The notes beneath the pieces were generated by a model that worked only from the letters and a program-made list of their open reading frames with translations, made no database searches and was not told the DNA's origin. This document shows positions 1 through 10,200 of a stretch of DNA of 63,343 bases, in pieces; within the stretch, counting starts at the first letter, position 1; each line of letters starts with the position of its first letter. This DNA is from Eubacteriales bacterium (lineage in GTDB: Bacteria; Bacillota; Clostridia; Lachnospirales; JAKSVV01). The DNA is taken from NCBI GenBank assembly GCA_031549455.1, contig JAVBPT010000020.1, positions 1 through 63,343 on the forward strand, given 5' to 3'. Both the position numbers and the translations under genes were made by a program.

Positions 1-1
1 T

Positions 2-3000
2 ATCGAGAATGGGAAACTAAAGGATCTCAAAGACAAACTATCTGGTGCAAAGTGCATCAAGGTACAGGGGAATTACCAGTACGACTCATTTAGCAAAGAC
101 TATTCGATCCTGGCCAGAAACATTGAAAAGGCGGCTCCATTTGTGTTGCGTATGGATTCATATGAGGGAACAAAAAGGGTGGAGCTACATGCCCATACCA
201 AGATGAGTGAAATGGATGCGGTGTGCTCTGCGGAGGAACTGATCAAGACCGCAGAGAGATGGGGACATAAAGCGATTGGTATTACGGATCATGGGGTGGT
301 ACAAGCCTTCCCAGAGGCTGCGCATGTCAAAACCAACGTCAGAATTTTGTATGGTGTGGAGGCCTACATTGCAGATGACCTGGGGAAGATTGCCACAGGA
401 ACCAAAAATCAAGACTTTTCAGGAAGCTATGTGGTGTTTGATATTGAGACCACGGGTCTCAATCCGTCCATGGACAAGATTACAGAAATTGGGGCGGTCA
501 AGATTGTGGATAAGAAGATTGTGGACCGCTATAGCACTTTTGTGAATCCGGGTGTTCCGATTCCGTATCGAATCACAGAACTAACCGGGATTACGGATGA
601 GATGGTGGCGGATGCGCCGAGCATGGACACCATTCTACCCGCATTTCTATCTTTCGTGGGAGAGAGTGCGGTGGTGGCACACAATGCCCCCTTTGACACA
701 AGCTTTATCAGACACTTTGCTCACCTACAGAAAGTAAAGTTTGATCCCACCGTGATTGATACGGTGAATCTTTCAAGGAGTTTATTTAAGGAGTTAAAAA
801 ATCATAAATTGAATACGGTGGCAGATCACCTTGGTGTTTCTTTGATTGGTCATCACCGAGCGGTGAATGATGCAGAGGCCACTGCAAACATCTTTTTAAA
901 GATGGTGGAGATCCTAGAACAAAAAGAGGTCCGGACAGTGGATGAGATGAACACCAAGGTGCTGGATGTGAATCCCAAAAACCTAAAAAGTTATCATGCG
1001 ATTCTCTATGCCAAAAGTACCGCGGCGATCCCACACTTGTATAAGTTGGTTTCGGATTCGCATGTAAAATATTTCAAGAGGCATCCAATCATTCCAAAGA
1101 GTGAGATCAATCTGCATCGAGAGCACTTTATACTGGGCTCTGCCTGCGAGGCGGGAGAATTGTATTCTGCCCTCCTCGGCGGAAAGGATGAGGCGGAGAT
1201 CCGAAAGATTGTTCAGTTTTATGACTATCTAGAGGTCCAACCCATTGGCAACAATGCCTTTATGATCTCAGACGCTAAGGATGACTATCGGATGATCGGG
1301 AGTAGTGAGGATTTACAGAGGATGAATCAAAAGATTGTGAGCCTTGGGGAGCGATACAATAAGCCGGTGGTGGCTACAAGTGACGCTCACTTTATTGATC
1401 CGGAGGATGATCTGATTCGAAAGATTCTCTTAAAAGGGAAAGGGTTTAAGGATGGGGACAGAGACTCCAACCTCTACCTAAAAACCACCAGCGAGATGTT
1501 GGATGAGTTTTCTTACCTAGGAGAGGAAAAGGCGTATGAGATTGTGGTGGAGAATACCAACCGGATTTGTGAGATGATTGAACCCACAAGCCCACTCTCA
1601 GAGGAGAAAGCCACTCCCCAATTTGAAAATAGTGAGGAGGATCTCCGGAAAATCTGTCATGAAAACATGGTGAAAATTTATGGAGAAAATCCACCCAGTG
1701 AGGTTACAGACCGATTGAACATTGAGCTCAATTCGATTATTCATAATGGATATACGGTGCTTTATATTATTGCGGAGAAGCTGGTGCGAAAGTCCAATGA
1801 GGATGGATATCTGGTTGGGTCCAGGGGATCGGTTGGCTCCTCTTTTGCTGCCACGATGGCAGGGATTACGGAGGTCAACCCCCTTCCGGCACACTACGTT
1901 TGTCCCGCTTGTAAATATGCAGATTTCACCTCAGAGATGGTGACGAGTTTTGTGGGCAACTCGGGATGTGATCTGCCAGATGCAAGCTGCCCACACTGCG
2001 GAGAGCAGATGGAAAAACTGGGGCATGACATTCCGTTTCAGACCTTCCTGGGCTTTGAGGCAGACAAAGAACCGGATATTGATCTCAACTTTTCGGGTGA
2101 CTATCAGGCCAAGGCCCACCAATATACCGAGGAACTCTTTGGAAAGGGTCGTGCGTATAGGGCAGGAACCATCGGTACACTGGCGGATAAGACCGCCTAT
2201 GGATATGTGGTGAAGTACTTTGAGGAAAAGGACATGACGGTGAGCCGAGCAGAGGTACAACGGCTGATTAATAAATGTGTGGGGGTGAAGAAGACAACGG
2301 GGCAACATCCCGGTGGTATTGTGGTGCTTCCAAAGGATAAAGAGATTTATGCGTTTTGTCCGATCCAGTGGCCCGCAAATGATGACACGGTTTCACTTGA
2401 AACCACCCACTTTGATTACCACTCGATTGATCGGAACCTGTTAAAGCTTGACATTCTGGGCCATGATGATCCCACGATGATCAAGCTACTTGAAGATCTA
2501 ACAGGGGTGGATGCCAAAACGATTCCGTTTGATGATTCCAAGGTGATGAGTTTATTTAATGATCTTTCAGCACTTGGAATATCGGCAGAGGACATCGGGG
2601 GATGTACGGTGGGGACACTCGGCATTCCAGAGTTTGGTACCTCTTTTGTTATTGAGATGGTGAAGGATACGAAGCCCAAACGGTTCTCGGATTTGGTTCG
2701 GATCTCCGGACTTTCGCATGGAACCGATGTATGGGTGAACAATGCGCAGAGTTTGATTAAAAACAATAAGGCCACTATTCGGGAGGTAATCTCCACCAGA
2801 GATGACATCATGCTCTTTTTGATTAGTAAGGGGATGGATAAGAAGATGTCCTTTAAGATCATGGAGAGTGTGAGAAAGGGAAAGGGACTCACCGAGGAGT
2901 GGGAGGAGGCAATGAAACAAAACGGAAACCTTCCAGACTGGTACATTAATAGTTGTAAGACGATTAAGTATATGTTCCCGAAGGCCCATGCGGTGGCCTA

Positions 3001-3508
3001 TGTGATGATGGCTTGGCGGATTGCCTACTTTAAGGTATACCATCCACTGGACTATTACACCGCTTTCTTTAGTGTTCGGGCGGGAAGCTTTGATTATGAG
3101 CTGATGTGTCAGGGCAAAGATAGGCTAAATTTAAATATTAAAGAGTATGAGGAAAAGGAAAAGAATAAACAGATCACGGCAAAGGAAAAGGAAACCTTAA
3201 AGGACATGAAGATTGTGCAGGAGATGTATGCGAGAGGTTTTGATTTTGTGGAGCTAGATATATACCGATCCAAGGCGAAAAAGTTTAAGATTATAGAGGG
3301 AAAGATTATGCCATCCTTTATGACCATAGCAGGACTGGGGGACTCCGTGGCACAAAAGATAGAGGAAGAGCAGACGAAGGGGGAATACACCTCGATTGAA
3401 GATTTTAAAGACAGGACAAAAACCAATAAAACGGTGCTGGAACTCCTAATTAGGATGGGACTATTGAAAGGGTTGCCAGAGTCTAATCAGATGACACTGG
3501 TGATGTAG
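2..3508 (+). CDS. polC: DNA polymerase III PolC-type alpha subunit (5'-partial, starts before window)
   Basis: Frame is open from base 2. PHP motif ELHAHTKMSEMDA, inserted 3'-5' exonuclease (VVFDIETTG, HRAVNDA), GSRGSVGSS, CxxC...CxxC zinc motif, catalytic PDIDLNF, KLDILGHDDPT. Confidence 0.98.
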   Translation: MENGKLKDLKDKLSGAKCIKVQGNYQYDSFSKDYSILARNIEKAAPFVLRMDSYEGTKRVELHAHTKMSEMDAVCSAEELIKTAERWGHKAIGITDHGVVQAFPEAAHVKTNVRILYGVEAYIADDLGKIATGTKNQDFSGSYVVFDIETTGLNPSMDKITEIGAVKIVDKKIVDRYSTFVNPGVPIPYRITELTGITDEMVADAPSMDTILPAFLSFVGESAVVAHNAPFDTSFIRHFAHLQKVKFDPTVIDTVNLSRSLFKELKNHKLNTVADHLGVSLIGHHRAVNDAEATANIFLKMVEILEQKEVRTVDEMNTKVLDVNPKNLKSYHAILYAKSTAAIPHLYKLVSDSHVKYFKRHPIIPKSEINLHREHFILGSACEAGELYSALLGGKDEAEIRKIVQFYDYLEVQPIGNNAFMISDAKDDYRMIGSSEDLQRMNQKIVSLGERYNKPVVATSDAHFIDPEDDLIRKILLKGKGFKDGDRDSNLYLKTTSEMLDEFSYLGEEKAYEIVVENTNRICEMIEPTSPLSEEKATPQFENSEEDLRKICHENMVKIYGENPPSEVTDRLNIELNSIIHNGYTVLYIIAEKLVRKSNEDGYLVGSRGSVGSSFAATMAGITEVNPLPAHYVCPACKYADFTSEMVTSFVGNSGCDLPDASCPHCGEQMEKLGHDIPFQTFLGFEADKEPDIDLNFSGDYQAKAHQYTEELFGKGRAYRAGTIGTLADKTAYGYVVKYFEEKDMTVSRAEVQRLINKCVGVKKTTGQHPGGIVVLPKDKEIYAFCPIQWPANDDTVSLETTHFDYHSIDRNLLKLDILGHDDPTMIKLLEDLTGVDAKTIPFDDSKVMSLFNDLSALGISAEDIGGCTVGTLGIPEFGTSFVIEMVKDTKPKRFSDLVRISGLSHGTDVWVNNAQSLIKNNKATIREVISTRDDIMLFLISKGMDKKMSFKIMESVRKGKGLTEEWEEAMKQNGNLPDWYINSCKTIKYMFPKAHAVAYVMMAWRIAYFKVYHPLDYYTAFFSVRAGSFDYELMCQGKDRLNLNIKEYEEKEKNKQITAKEKETLKDMKIVQEMYARGFDFVELDIYRSKAKKFKIIEGKIMPSFMTIAGLGDSVAQKIEEEQTKGEYTSIEDFKDRTKTNKTVLELLIRMGLLKGLPESNQMTLVM

Positions 3509-3516
3509 AGGGAAAG

Positions 3517-4176
3517 ATGAAAGAGATCAAAAAAGAGATTGTGTACGATTTTATCGAAGAATATATGGATTCTTTTGACCTGGGGTTAGAGGGAGACTTA
3601 AAAGAGCTTGAAGAACGATGTACTCAAGAGAAGGTTCCGATTATTAAAAAGGATGTGATACACCTACTAAGGGTTTTATTGAGTTTAAAAAAACCAAAGC
3701 GGATTCTGGAGATTGGGACCGCCTTTGGTTTTTCCAGCATCTTGATGGCAAACGAGGTAAAGGAGGCGATGATCACAACGCTTGAACGGGATGACTGGAT
3801 GTGTTTAAATGCCAAGAAGAATATCAAACAATTTGAACTAGAGGATAGGATAGGAATCATCCTGGGAGAAGCAATTGATACTCTAAAGGGGTTAGAGGAA
3901 AAGTTTGATTTCATTTTTATTGACGCCTCAAAGTCTCATTATGCAATTTTTATGAAGGAGAGCAAAAGGCTATTGGCAGAGGGCGGAATGATTGTGGCAG
4001 ACAATGTGCTCTATAAAGGAATGGTAGCAAAGGATCGGTATGATGTCCATAGGAGATTCAGGACGATTCATCGAAATATGAGAGACTTAATTAAGGGGGC
4101 TTATGAAGATAAGGATTATAAGACCTGTTTGGTTCCAGCGGGAGACGGGATTCTGATTACGACGAAACAGGCATAA
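3517..4176 (+). CDS. SAM-dependent O-methyltransferase (family 3, TrmR/YrrM-like)
   Basis: ILEIGTAFGFS, FDFIFIDASK, GGMIVADNVLYKG motifs. Confidence 0.88.
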   Translation: MKEIKKEIVYDFIEEYMDSFDLGLEGDLKELEERCTQEKVPIIKKDVIHLLRVLLSLKKPKRILEIGTAFGFSSILMANEVKEAMITTLERDDWMCLNAKKNIKQFELEDRIGIILGEAIDTLKGLEEKFDFIFIDASKSHYAIFMKESKRLLAEGGMIVADNVLYKGMVAKDRYDVHRRFRTIHRNMRDLIKGAYEDKDYKTCLVPAGDGILITTKQA

Positions 4177-4279
4177 TGGAAAGAAGATAAGAATAGTATT
4201 TATATTGAAGCGGGTGAGAGATCTGCGTTTCTTTGCACATATAAAAAAGCGAAAACTTGTAAAAATTTACCAAAAAGGA

Positions 4280-4308
4280 TTGACATTTGGGAAAATTTGT
4301 GATATTGT
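4280..4308 (+). promoter_or_regulatory. Sigma-A-type promoter
   Basis: TTGACA-17 nt-TATTGT with TG extension, upstream of RBS AAGGAGG and ATG 4359. Confidence 0.6.
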
Positions 4309-4358
4309 CTAGGTAATAGAGACATACAAAAGACAAATTTTTTATAAGGAGGGATTAA

Positions 4359-5906
4359 ATGAGACATACAAGAAAAAGAGCAGCAGCTGTATTAATGGCA
4401 TCCACACTTCTTTTTGGAGGCTTAGGAGCTTGTAAGCCAGCTCAAACCTATATGCCAGGGGGACTTCCCAATACATCAGCGGGAGAATTACCATCTCCAC
4501 CAAGTGCGATACCATCAAGTATTATAAAGGATCCAGAACAGATCGTAGATAAAGTATCTCCGAGTCCTTCTGTATCGCCAAGCCCGTCACCAAGCAATGC
4601 ACCGGAGGTGTCACCATCACCAAGTGTAGAAGTGAGCCCAAGTAAGGTTCCAGTTACACCTAGTAATCCAGTAACGCCACCACCAGCTGTGACGAAACCA
4701 CCTGTAACACCAACGCCATCACAAACACCGGTGGTAACACCAACACCATCACAAGCACCAGTGGTAACGCCAACACCATCACAGGCACCGACAGGAAAAC
4801 CACTGAGTCCTGGAGAGCTAAAAGGGTTTGATAAAGAACTATATGCAAATATTAGTTATACAATTAAAAATGGAAGAGAGCACAGCATGACTTCTACCGG
4901 ATATATGACGGATGCGGAAGCAAAGAGTCTGGATGAAAATTTACAAGCAATTGTAAAAGAGATAAAGAACAACTATGGATTAGATTTAAGAGGAATCAAA
5001 ACATGGCTTAATAATAACTATGAGTTTGAAAAATATTCAAGCTCCGAAAACACAAGCATTACTTCGAACCTTAGCGTTAGACTAGCAAACAGAAAGTCAG
5101 GACAAAAGAATCCAATCAGTGTATATGAAAATACGTTGTTAATGGGAGGGATTGTTGAGGCTGCTGGGCTCGGTAAAGTAGAGTTTGCGGGTTATTTGGG
5201 ACTGCTCATCGGAAATATCGATATAGGCGTAGGCAAGAAGTTAAATGTATTCATGAACATGGATGAAAGTGATTACTACAAGTCTGTTATGAACTTTCCA
5301 AAAGAACTAGCAGACCTGCATGAGAGCACTGCACAAGGAAAGAGCAATGCAAAAACATTCTCCTTTAACGGAGTTACATATAACATTGATGACTTCCTAA
5401 ACCCTGCCAATCATGAGCAAATGTTTAAGCTGATTGGCCAAGAGGTGGATATATTTGAGAAGAACTATAAGAATGGAAAGACTAATAATGATTTTATCCT
5501 GATAACAATGTACTATTATAAAGATGGAGAACTTTCTAGCGAAAGGGTCCCTGTAGTTGATATAGATAGAACAATACCATATAACGAATTCCAGACAGTA
5601 AAAGTACCTGCTGAGATTAGGTTTGCGGAATTTAAAATTGGAAAATTCGAACAATTGGTTAGTGAAGAAAGATATCAAGAGATAGCTGATAAAGTTGAAC
5701 CTTACCATAATGCATTAAAAGGGATTAAAGCGAGTATGGGTTCTTTTGGAGAATATCCACAAGATTTTAATACATATGCAATGATGCATCGACCTATTGA
5801 ACCTTCTTATCCAAGAATTGAAGTGGAATTGCCGGAGGAGTTACAGCCTACTGCTATGCAGACTGAGATGTTTGAGAAGTATAATCCGGACTTCGAACTA
5901 GAATAA
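4359..5906 (+). CDS. Lipoprotein with Pro/Ser/Thr-rich linker and C-terminal domain of unknown function
   Basis: Basic N-terminus, hydrophobic core, lipobox LGAC; about 120 aa PSPS/TPTP linker. Confidence 0.8.
   Translation: MRHTRKRAAAVLMASTLLFGGLGACKPAQTYMPGGLPNTSAGELPSPPSAIPSSIIKDPEQIVDKVSPSPSVSPSPSPSNAPEVSPSPSVEVSPSKVPVTPSNPVTPPPAVTKPPVTPTPSQTPVVTPTPSQAPVVTPTPSQAPTGKPLSPGELKGFDKELYANISYTIKNGREHSMTSTGYMTDAEAKSLDENLQAIVKEIKNNYGLDLRGIKTWLNNNYEFEKYSSSENTSITSNLSVRLANRKSGQKNPISVYENTLLMGGIVEAAGLGKVEFAGYLGLLIGNIDIGVGKKLNVFMNMDESDYYKSVMNFPKELADLHESTAQGKSNAKTFSFNGVTYNIDDFLNPANHEQMFKLIGQEVDIFEKNYKNGKTNNDFILITMYYYKDGELSSERVPVVDIDRTIPYNEFQTVKVPAEIRFAEFKIGKFEQLVSEERYQEIADKVEPYHNALKGIKASMGSFGEYPQDFNTYAMMHRPIEPSYPRIEVELPEELQPTAMQTEMFEKYNPDFELE
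4704..4790 (+). repeat. Intragenic 30-bp tandem repeat, about 3 copies (VTPTPSQ[T/A]PV)
   Basis: gtaacaccaacgccatcacaaacaccggtg / gtaacaccaacaccatcacaagcaccagtg / gtaacgccaacaccatcacaggcaccg. Confidence 0.9.
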
Positions 5907-5920
5907 GATTTAAAAGAAGT

Positions 5921-5955
5921 AAATGTTTCTAAACTTAGTTTAGAAACATTTTTTT
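5921..5955 (+). terminator. Intrinsic terminator
   Basis: aaatgtttctaaac-tta-gtttagaaacattt followed by a T run. Confidence 0.85.
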
Positions 5956-6010
5956 ATGCATATTTTTTCATTATTACTACATAAATTTTCCACCTTTTTT
6001 GGTATTATCA

Positions 6011-6039
6011 TTGCAAAAAATGTAAAATCATAGTATAAT
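6011..6039 (+). promoter_or_regulatory. Sigma-A-type promoter
   Basis: TTGCAA-17 nt-TATAAT. Confidence 0.65.
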
Positions 6040-6082
6040 AAAATAAGGTATTTTATATTCTTAAAAAAGGAGAGGAAAGTTT

Positions 6083-7285
6083 ATGAAAAATTCTATCATT
6101 TGTATCTTAAGCTTTACAGTAGTGCTGATCCTGGTAGCCTGTATAAGTAGTAAAGCAGAAACTGGGTTCAAAGATGTAGCAACCAATGCATGGTATGCAG
6201 ATGACCTAAAAATATTGCTAGATAAAAAAATTGTGAATGGTTATACGGATGGAACCTTTAGACCGGAAGAGCAATTAACCCAAGATGCATTTATTAAACT
6301 AATGGTGACAGCGTTAGGACATACAGATGTACAAAATGCAGAAACATATTGGGCGGTGAACTACATAGATAAGGCAGTAGAAATAGGATTGCTGAAGGAA
6401 ATAGGAGAATATGATTCCTATAAGAGCAAAATTACAAGAGAAGAAATGGCGGGAATTATAGAAAGAGCAGTAACATATAGTCCATATTTTGAAGGATACA
6501 AGTTGGCTAAGAAGAGTATTAAAGACTACGACAAAATAGGGGAGGAATATAAAGAAGGAGTACTAAAGACATATTACAGTGGTATTATAACAGGTTATAC
6601 AGATGGGACTTTTGGAGGACAAAATGTACTAACAAGAGCAGAATCTGTGGCAGTCATTAGTAGGGTGGTTAATGAAAATAAAAGAGCATTTGCCAAAACA
6701 CTGACAGCAGAAGAACTTACAAAGTTAAAAAGCTTTGACAGAGATGGCATTATCATGACGATAGAAAATAATAATTATGTAAGCGAAGAAAAGGCGACAG
6801 ATTTTGGACAAGCTTTAACTAGAGTAAAAGAGATCGAAAAGACAAATGGAATCAACATCATTATGATGACTAAAAAGTATGTACAACAGCTTGCTTATAA
6901 TCTGGATGCACAAGCGCTTATAGAAGAAAGAAACGAGTTTGATAAACTATTTACACAACTATTTGGCACAGAAAGAGAAGAAAACAGACAGATCTTATCA
7001 TTAAGAAAATCCAACCTGATCTCTAAGGCATTAGAGAGTGCAACAGAAAAAATTGTTCCATATTTTGAAACAGATGAAAATCTGATCTATCTATCTAGTG
7101 AAGGAACGATAAAGATCAGAGGGAAAGTTACATTAAAATATAAGGACTACGGTGCAACAGATTTTAAATCAAAAGAGGATGTTAAAAATGTTGAGGTTGA
7201 AATTACAAAAGATAAAAGCGGAAAATATGTAATAGTTAGGCATATAGAACTTATAGAAGGAAAGGATGGTGGATATGATGAATAG
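6083..7285 (+). CDS. S-layer homology (SLH) domain protein
   Basis: Signal peptide; SLH motifs FKDV..NAWYA, IVNGYTDGTFRPE, ITREEMA, GIITGYTDGTF, LTRAES. Confidence 0.9.
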   Translation: MKNSIICILSFTVVLILVACISSKAETGFKDVATNAWYADDLKILLDKKIVNGYTDGTFRPEEQLTQDAFIKLMVTALGHTDVQNAETYWAVNYIDKAVEIGLLKEIGEYDSYKSKITREEMAGIIERAVTYSPYFEGYKLAKKSIKDYDKIGEEYKEGVLKTYYSGIITGYTDGTFGGQNVLTRAESVAVISRVVNENKRAFAKTLTAEELTKLKSFDRDGIIMTIENNNYVSEEKATDFGQALTRVKEIEKTNGINIIMMTKKYVQQLAYNLDAQALIEERNEFDKLFTQLFGTEREENRQILSLRKSNLISKALESATEKIVPYFETDENLIYLSSEGTIKIRGKVTLKYKDYGATDFKSKEDVKNVEVEITKDKSGKYVIVRHIELIEGKDGGYDE

Positions 7286-10200
7286 AAACACATTGAAAAT
7301 CTTGCTTTCTTTAATGTTTATCGTAACATTTATTATTACAAATAGCACAATTAATGAAGCCACAAACAGGACAACTCCAGAAGTTTCTGGGATCGAATAC
7401 AGTGGAAATAGTGGAGGGCTAAAAACTGTTTTCGGGGGACTTAGTGAGGTAAAAGTAGATTATAAGATAAAACTAAAATTAGTGGGGGATAAATTTTCTG
7501 CAAGTTATAAAAACAAAGAATATACATATACGCTTTGTAGTACAAAATATGTTGCAGGAACAGATCAAAACATAGACTCTTTTGCAGCTTCTACTGAAGC
7601 AGATTTGGAGAAATACACCACGGACTGGACAACGGTGGCCGGGTATATTAAGCAAGCGATGGATAATAATAACATAACAAGCGTGGTAGAACAAGCTTAC
7701 CCGAGAGGAAGCACGAGTTATGATGATTGGATAACAGATTTGTTTAATAGCAATAAAGTTGCCAGTACAAAAACAATATATGGCTGTTTATTTACCAATC
7801 TATCTATAAAATCAAACCCGAAAGAAGGTTTTGCCGGGTGGGAATATAAGGACATAAACTTAACAAGGTATTTTGAAGAATCAAGTGAAAAGAAAAGTGA
7901 AAATTATAATGTTGTATCTAACAATGGTGCATTTGACTTAAGGGCTTATTGTATCTATAAAATAGGGATGAAAGTATCGGGGGGTCCTGTAGTAAATTCA
8001 ATGGATACTTACTTGAACTATTTACCTAAATATATACGGGAATATAGGATGGACAATAAGTTTGGAAATTTTTCAGTAGATAGCATCGCAAGTACAATAA
8101 AAAAGACTGTTGATGATAACTTAGATGGTGTTCCGAGTTTAGCAGGAAGTCCTAATTTTAGAAGTTTTCTAAGGTATTACTTGCACAGTCCGGATCCTGC
8201 ACCAGGGTTGGATTTGGATCAGACGATGGCCAAATATGTAGGAAGAATAGTAGAGATTACTTCTTCATTATCTCCTGCTTGGCTAGGAAAAACAGGACAT
8301 ATATTTAGAAGAGTTCAGTATCAAACCATTAATGGGGATATTAAACCAGATGAGGGAAAAGTAGATCTTACGATAGAATATATAGATACAGATGATAACA
8401 ATAAAGTGCTGCATTCTATTCCGGCCAAAATTGGGGCGGGGAAAGTAGACTTATCCATTCCGGCTAATAAAGGCACATCAAAGGATTATGAAGTTAGCGG
8501 AGAAGGACTTTCTTACACGGTTCCGGCAATAGAACCTATCTATGAAACTAAATCTATGAAATTAGAACCCGGAAAGGAGGTAACAAACAGTCCGTTTTTA
8601 ATAGATTCAACTCTCCAATCAGGTACTAAATATACCTTAAAAGTATACCTTAAAAAGAATACAGCTAAATTAAATATCATCTATATGGATGGCGGTAATA
8701 ATACTGAGATGGGTAGAGTAACCGGTCTTGACATTCCTTCTATGACAGGGGGAAGCATTAAGGTAAACTCAGATAACACGGTTAGTGGTAATGACACAAG
8801 TTATCTAGATGCGACTAAAATAGCAGGATTTAAGAGTAAACTAGAAGGAAAAGCAGTAAAAGAAATGAAAATTGTGAAGGTAGGGGGGACACCTACTACA
8901 GTCCAAGCAAGTGTTATACCAAATGTGACCATTGAAACAGGGAAAACCTATGACTTAACATTGACCTATAACACAATAGATTTTGAGCTTTCGGTTGTGT
9001 ATAAATTCTTCTTAGATGGCACAGAAAAAACAGCTGAAAGATATGAAGTAAAATTAGATGCTAGTAAAAGCATTTTAATGAAACCATTTAGTATCAAAAA
9101 AGGGGATGCGGTATTACATGCACCGTACTATGGACCAAATCCAAAAACATCCTCTTGGACATGCTTCTTTAATGATGCACAAAGAGCAGAGTATACAAGT
9201 ACGCTCGCAAGGTTTGACGGATACATCTTTAAAGATATGTATATTGCTAAGTTTAATGCGTCAGATACGGAAATCACACCGAAAGTGGCGATTGGAGCCA
9301 ATGCACCATATGGTGTGAACATGGAAGCGATTAATGATGCAAATGTGAAAAAGGTACAAATTGTATTCGAATTTAAAAAGTTCTCAAAGAACGTACAACT
9401 TACTTATAAATTCTTCCAAGGTAATGTAGAAGAAACAGATAAACAAGTTAAGATTACCTATGACACCCAATTTGAAAGTAGATACACCATCTTTGCTAAT
9501 CGGTATAACCTAAGCATTGATAGCGGCATCGATACACCACGTGTATCCTATAGCCAATGGTACTCGGATCTGAAGACAGAGGAAAAAGCAGAACTCGCAT
9601 TAAAGAAACCAGCCAACTGGGGTGAGTATAGCTTCTCCAAGATGGAGTTTGTGAAGACCAGTGCCTCGGGTGCTGTCACCACAACACCAATCACAGGAAA
9701 AAATTATACGGTTCCAGCTGTACTGGGTACCAATGAAACTCACAACTTTGTCGTTTACATGACAAGGGCAGGTGGGGACACGGCACTCCTAAATGTGGTA
9801 TATAAATTGTCATCGGGTACAACGCTTAAGACCGTACCAAACGTAATTATACCAGTTGCAACCAACACTTATGTAGGAGTTAGTGAAAACATACCAACTG
9901 TTCTCGGAAATAAAGTATATGATCAAAGCAAGATTACAGATATTTTGGATCGTATTACCGGAAAATCCATTAGCAGTCTGACCCTAACACCGGGATCATT
10001 CAGCGGAACGACACAGGTCGGACCACTCAACATTGTTAGAAATACAACCTATACATTAACAATTACCTATCTGGATAAACTGGTGGAACCAAGCACAGCT
10101 GGACTTGTATTTATTCCACACAGGGTGACCAGTTGGACAAAAGAAAATGTAGATGTCACCGTAAAGGTAACGCCTTCAACAAAAACAGATGGTGTTTGTT

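Noticed and set aside
185..3426. Many short antisense and off-frame ORFs in polC, and likewise in ribosomal and flagellar genes (e.g. 36717-37184)
   Set aside because: Shadow ORFs of conserved genes, with no RBS or recognisable motifs.
4207..4233. Possible att duplication of the tRNA-Ser 3' end (aagcggg)
   Set aside because: Only 7 bp match; better explained as a weak hairpin after the methyltransferase gene.
4550..4790. CRISPR-like repeat array
   Set aside because: The repeats are in-frame coding Pro/Thr linker units without unique spacers, and no cas genes are present.
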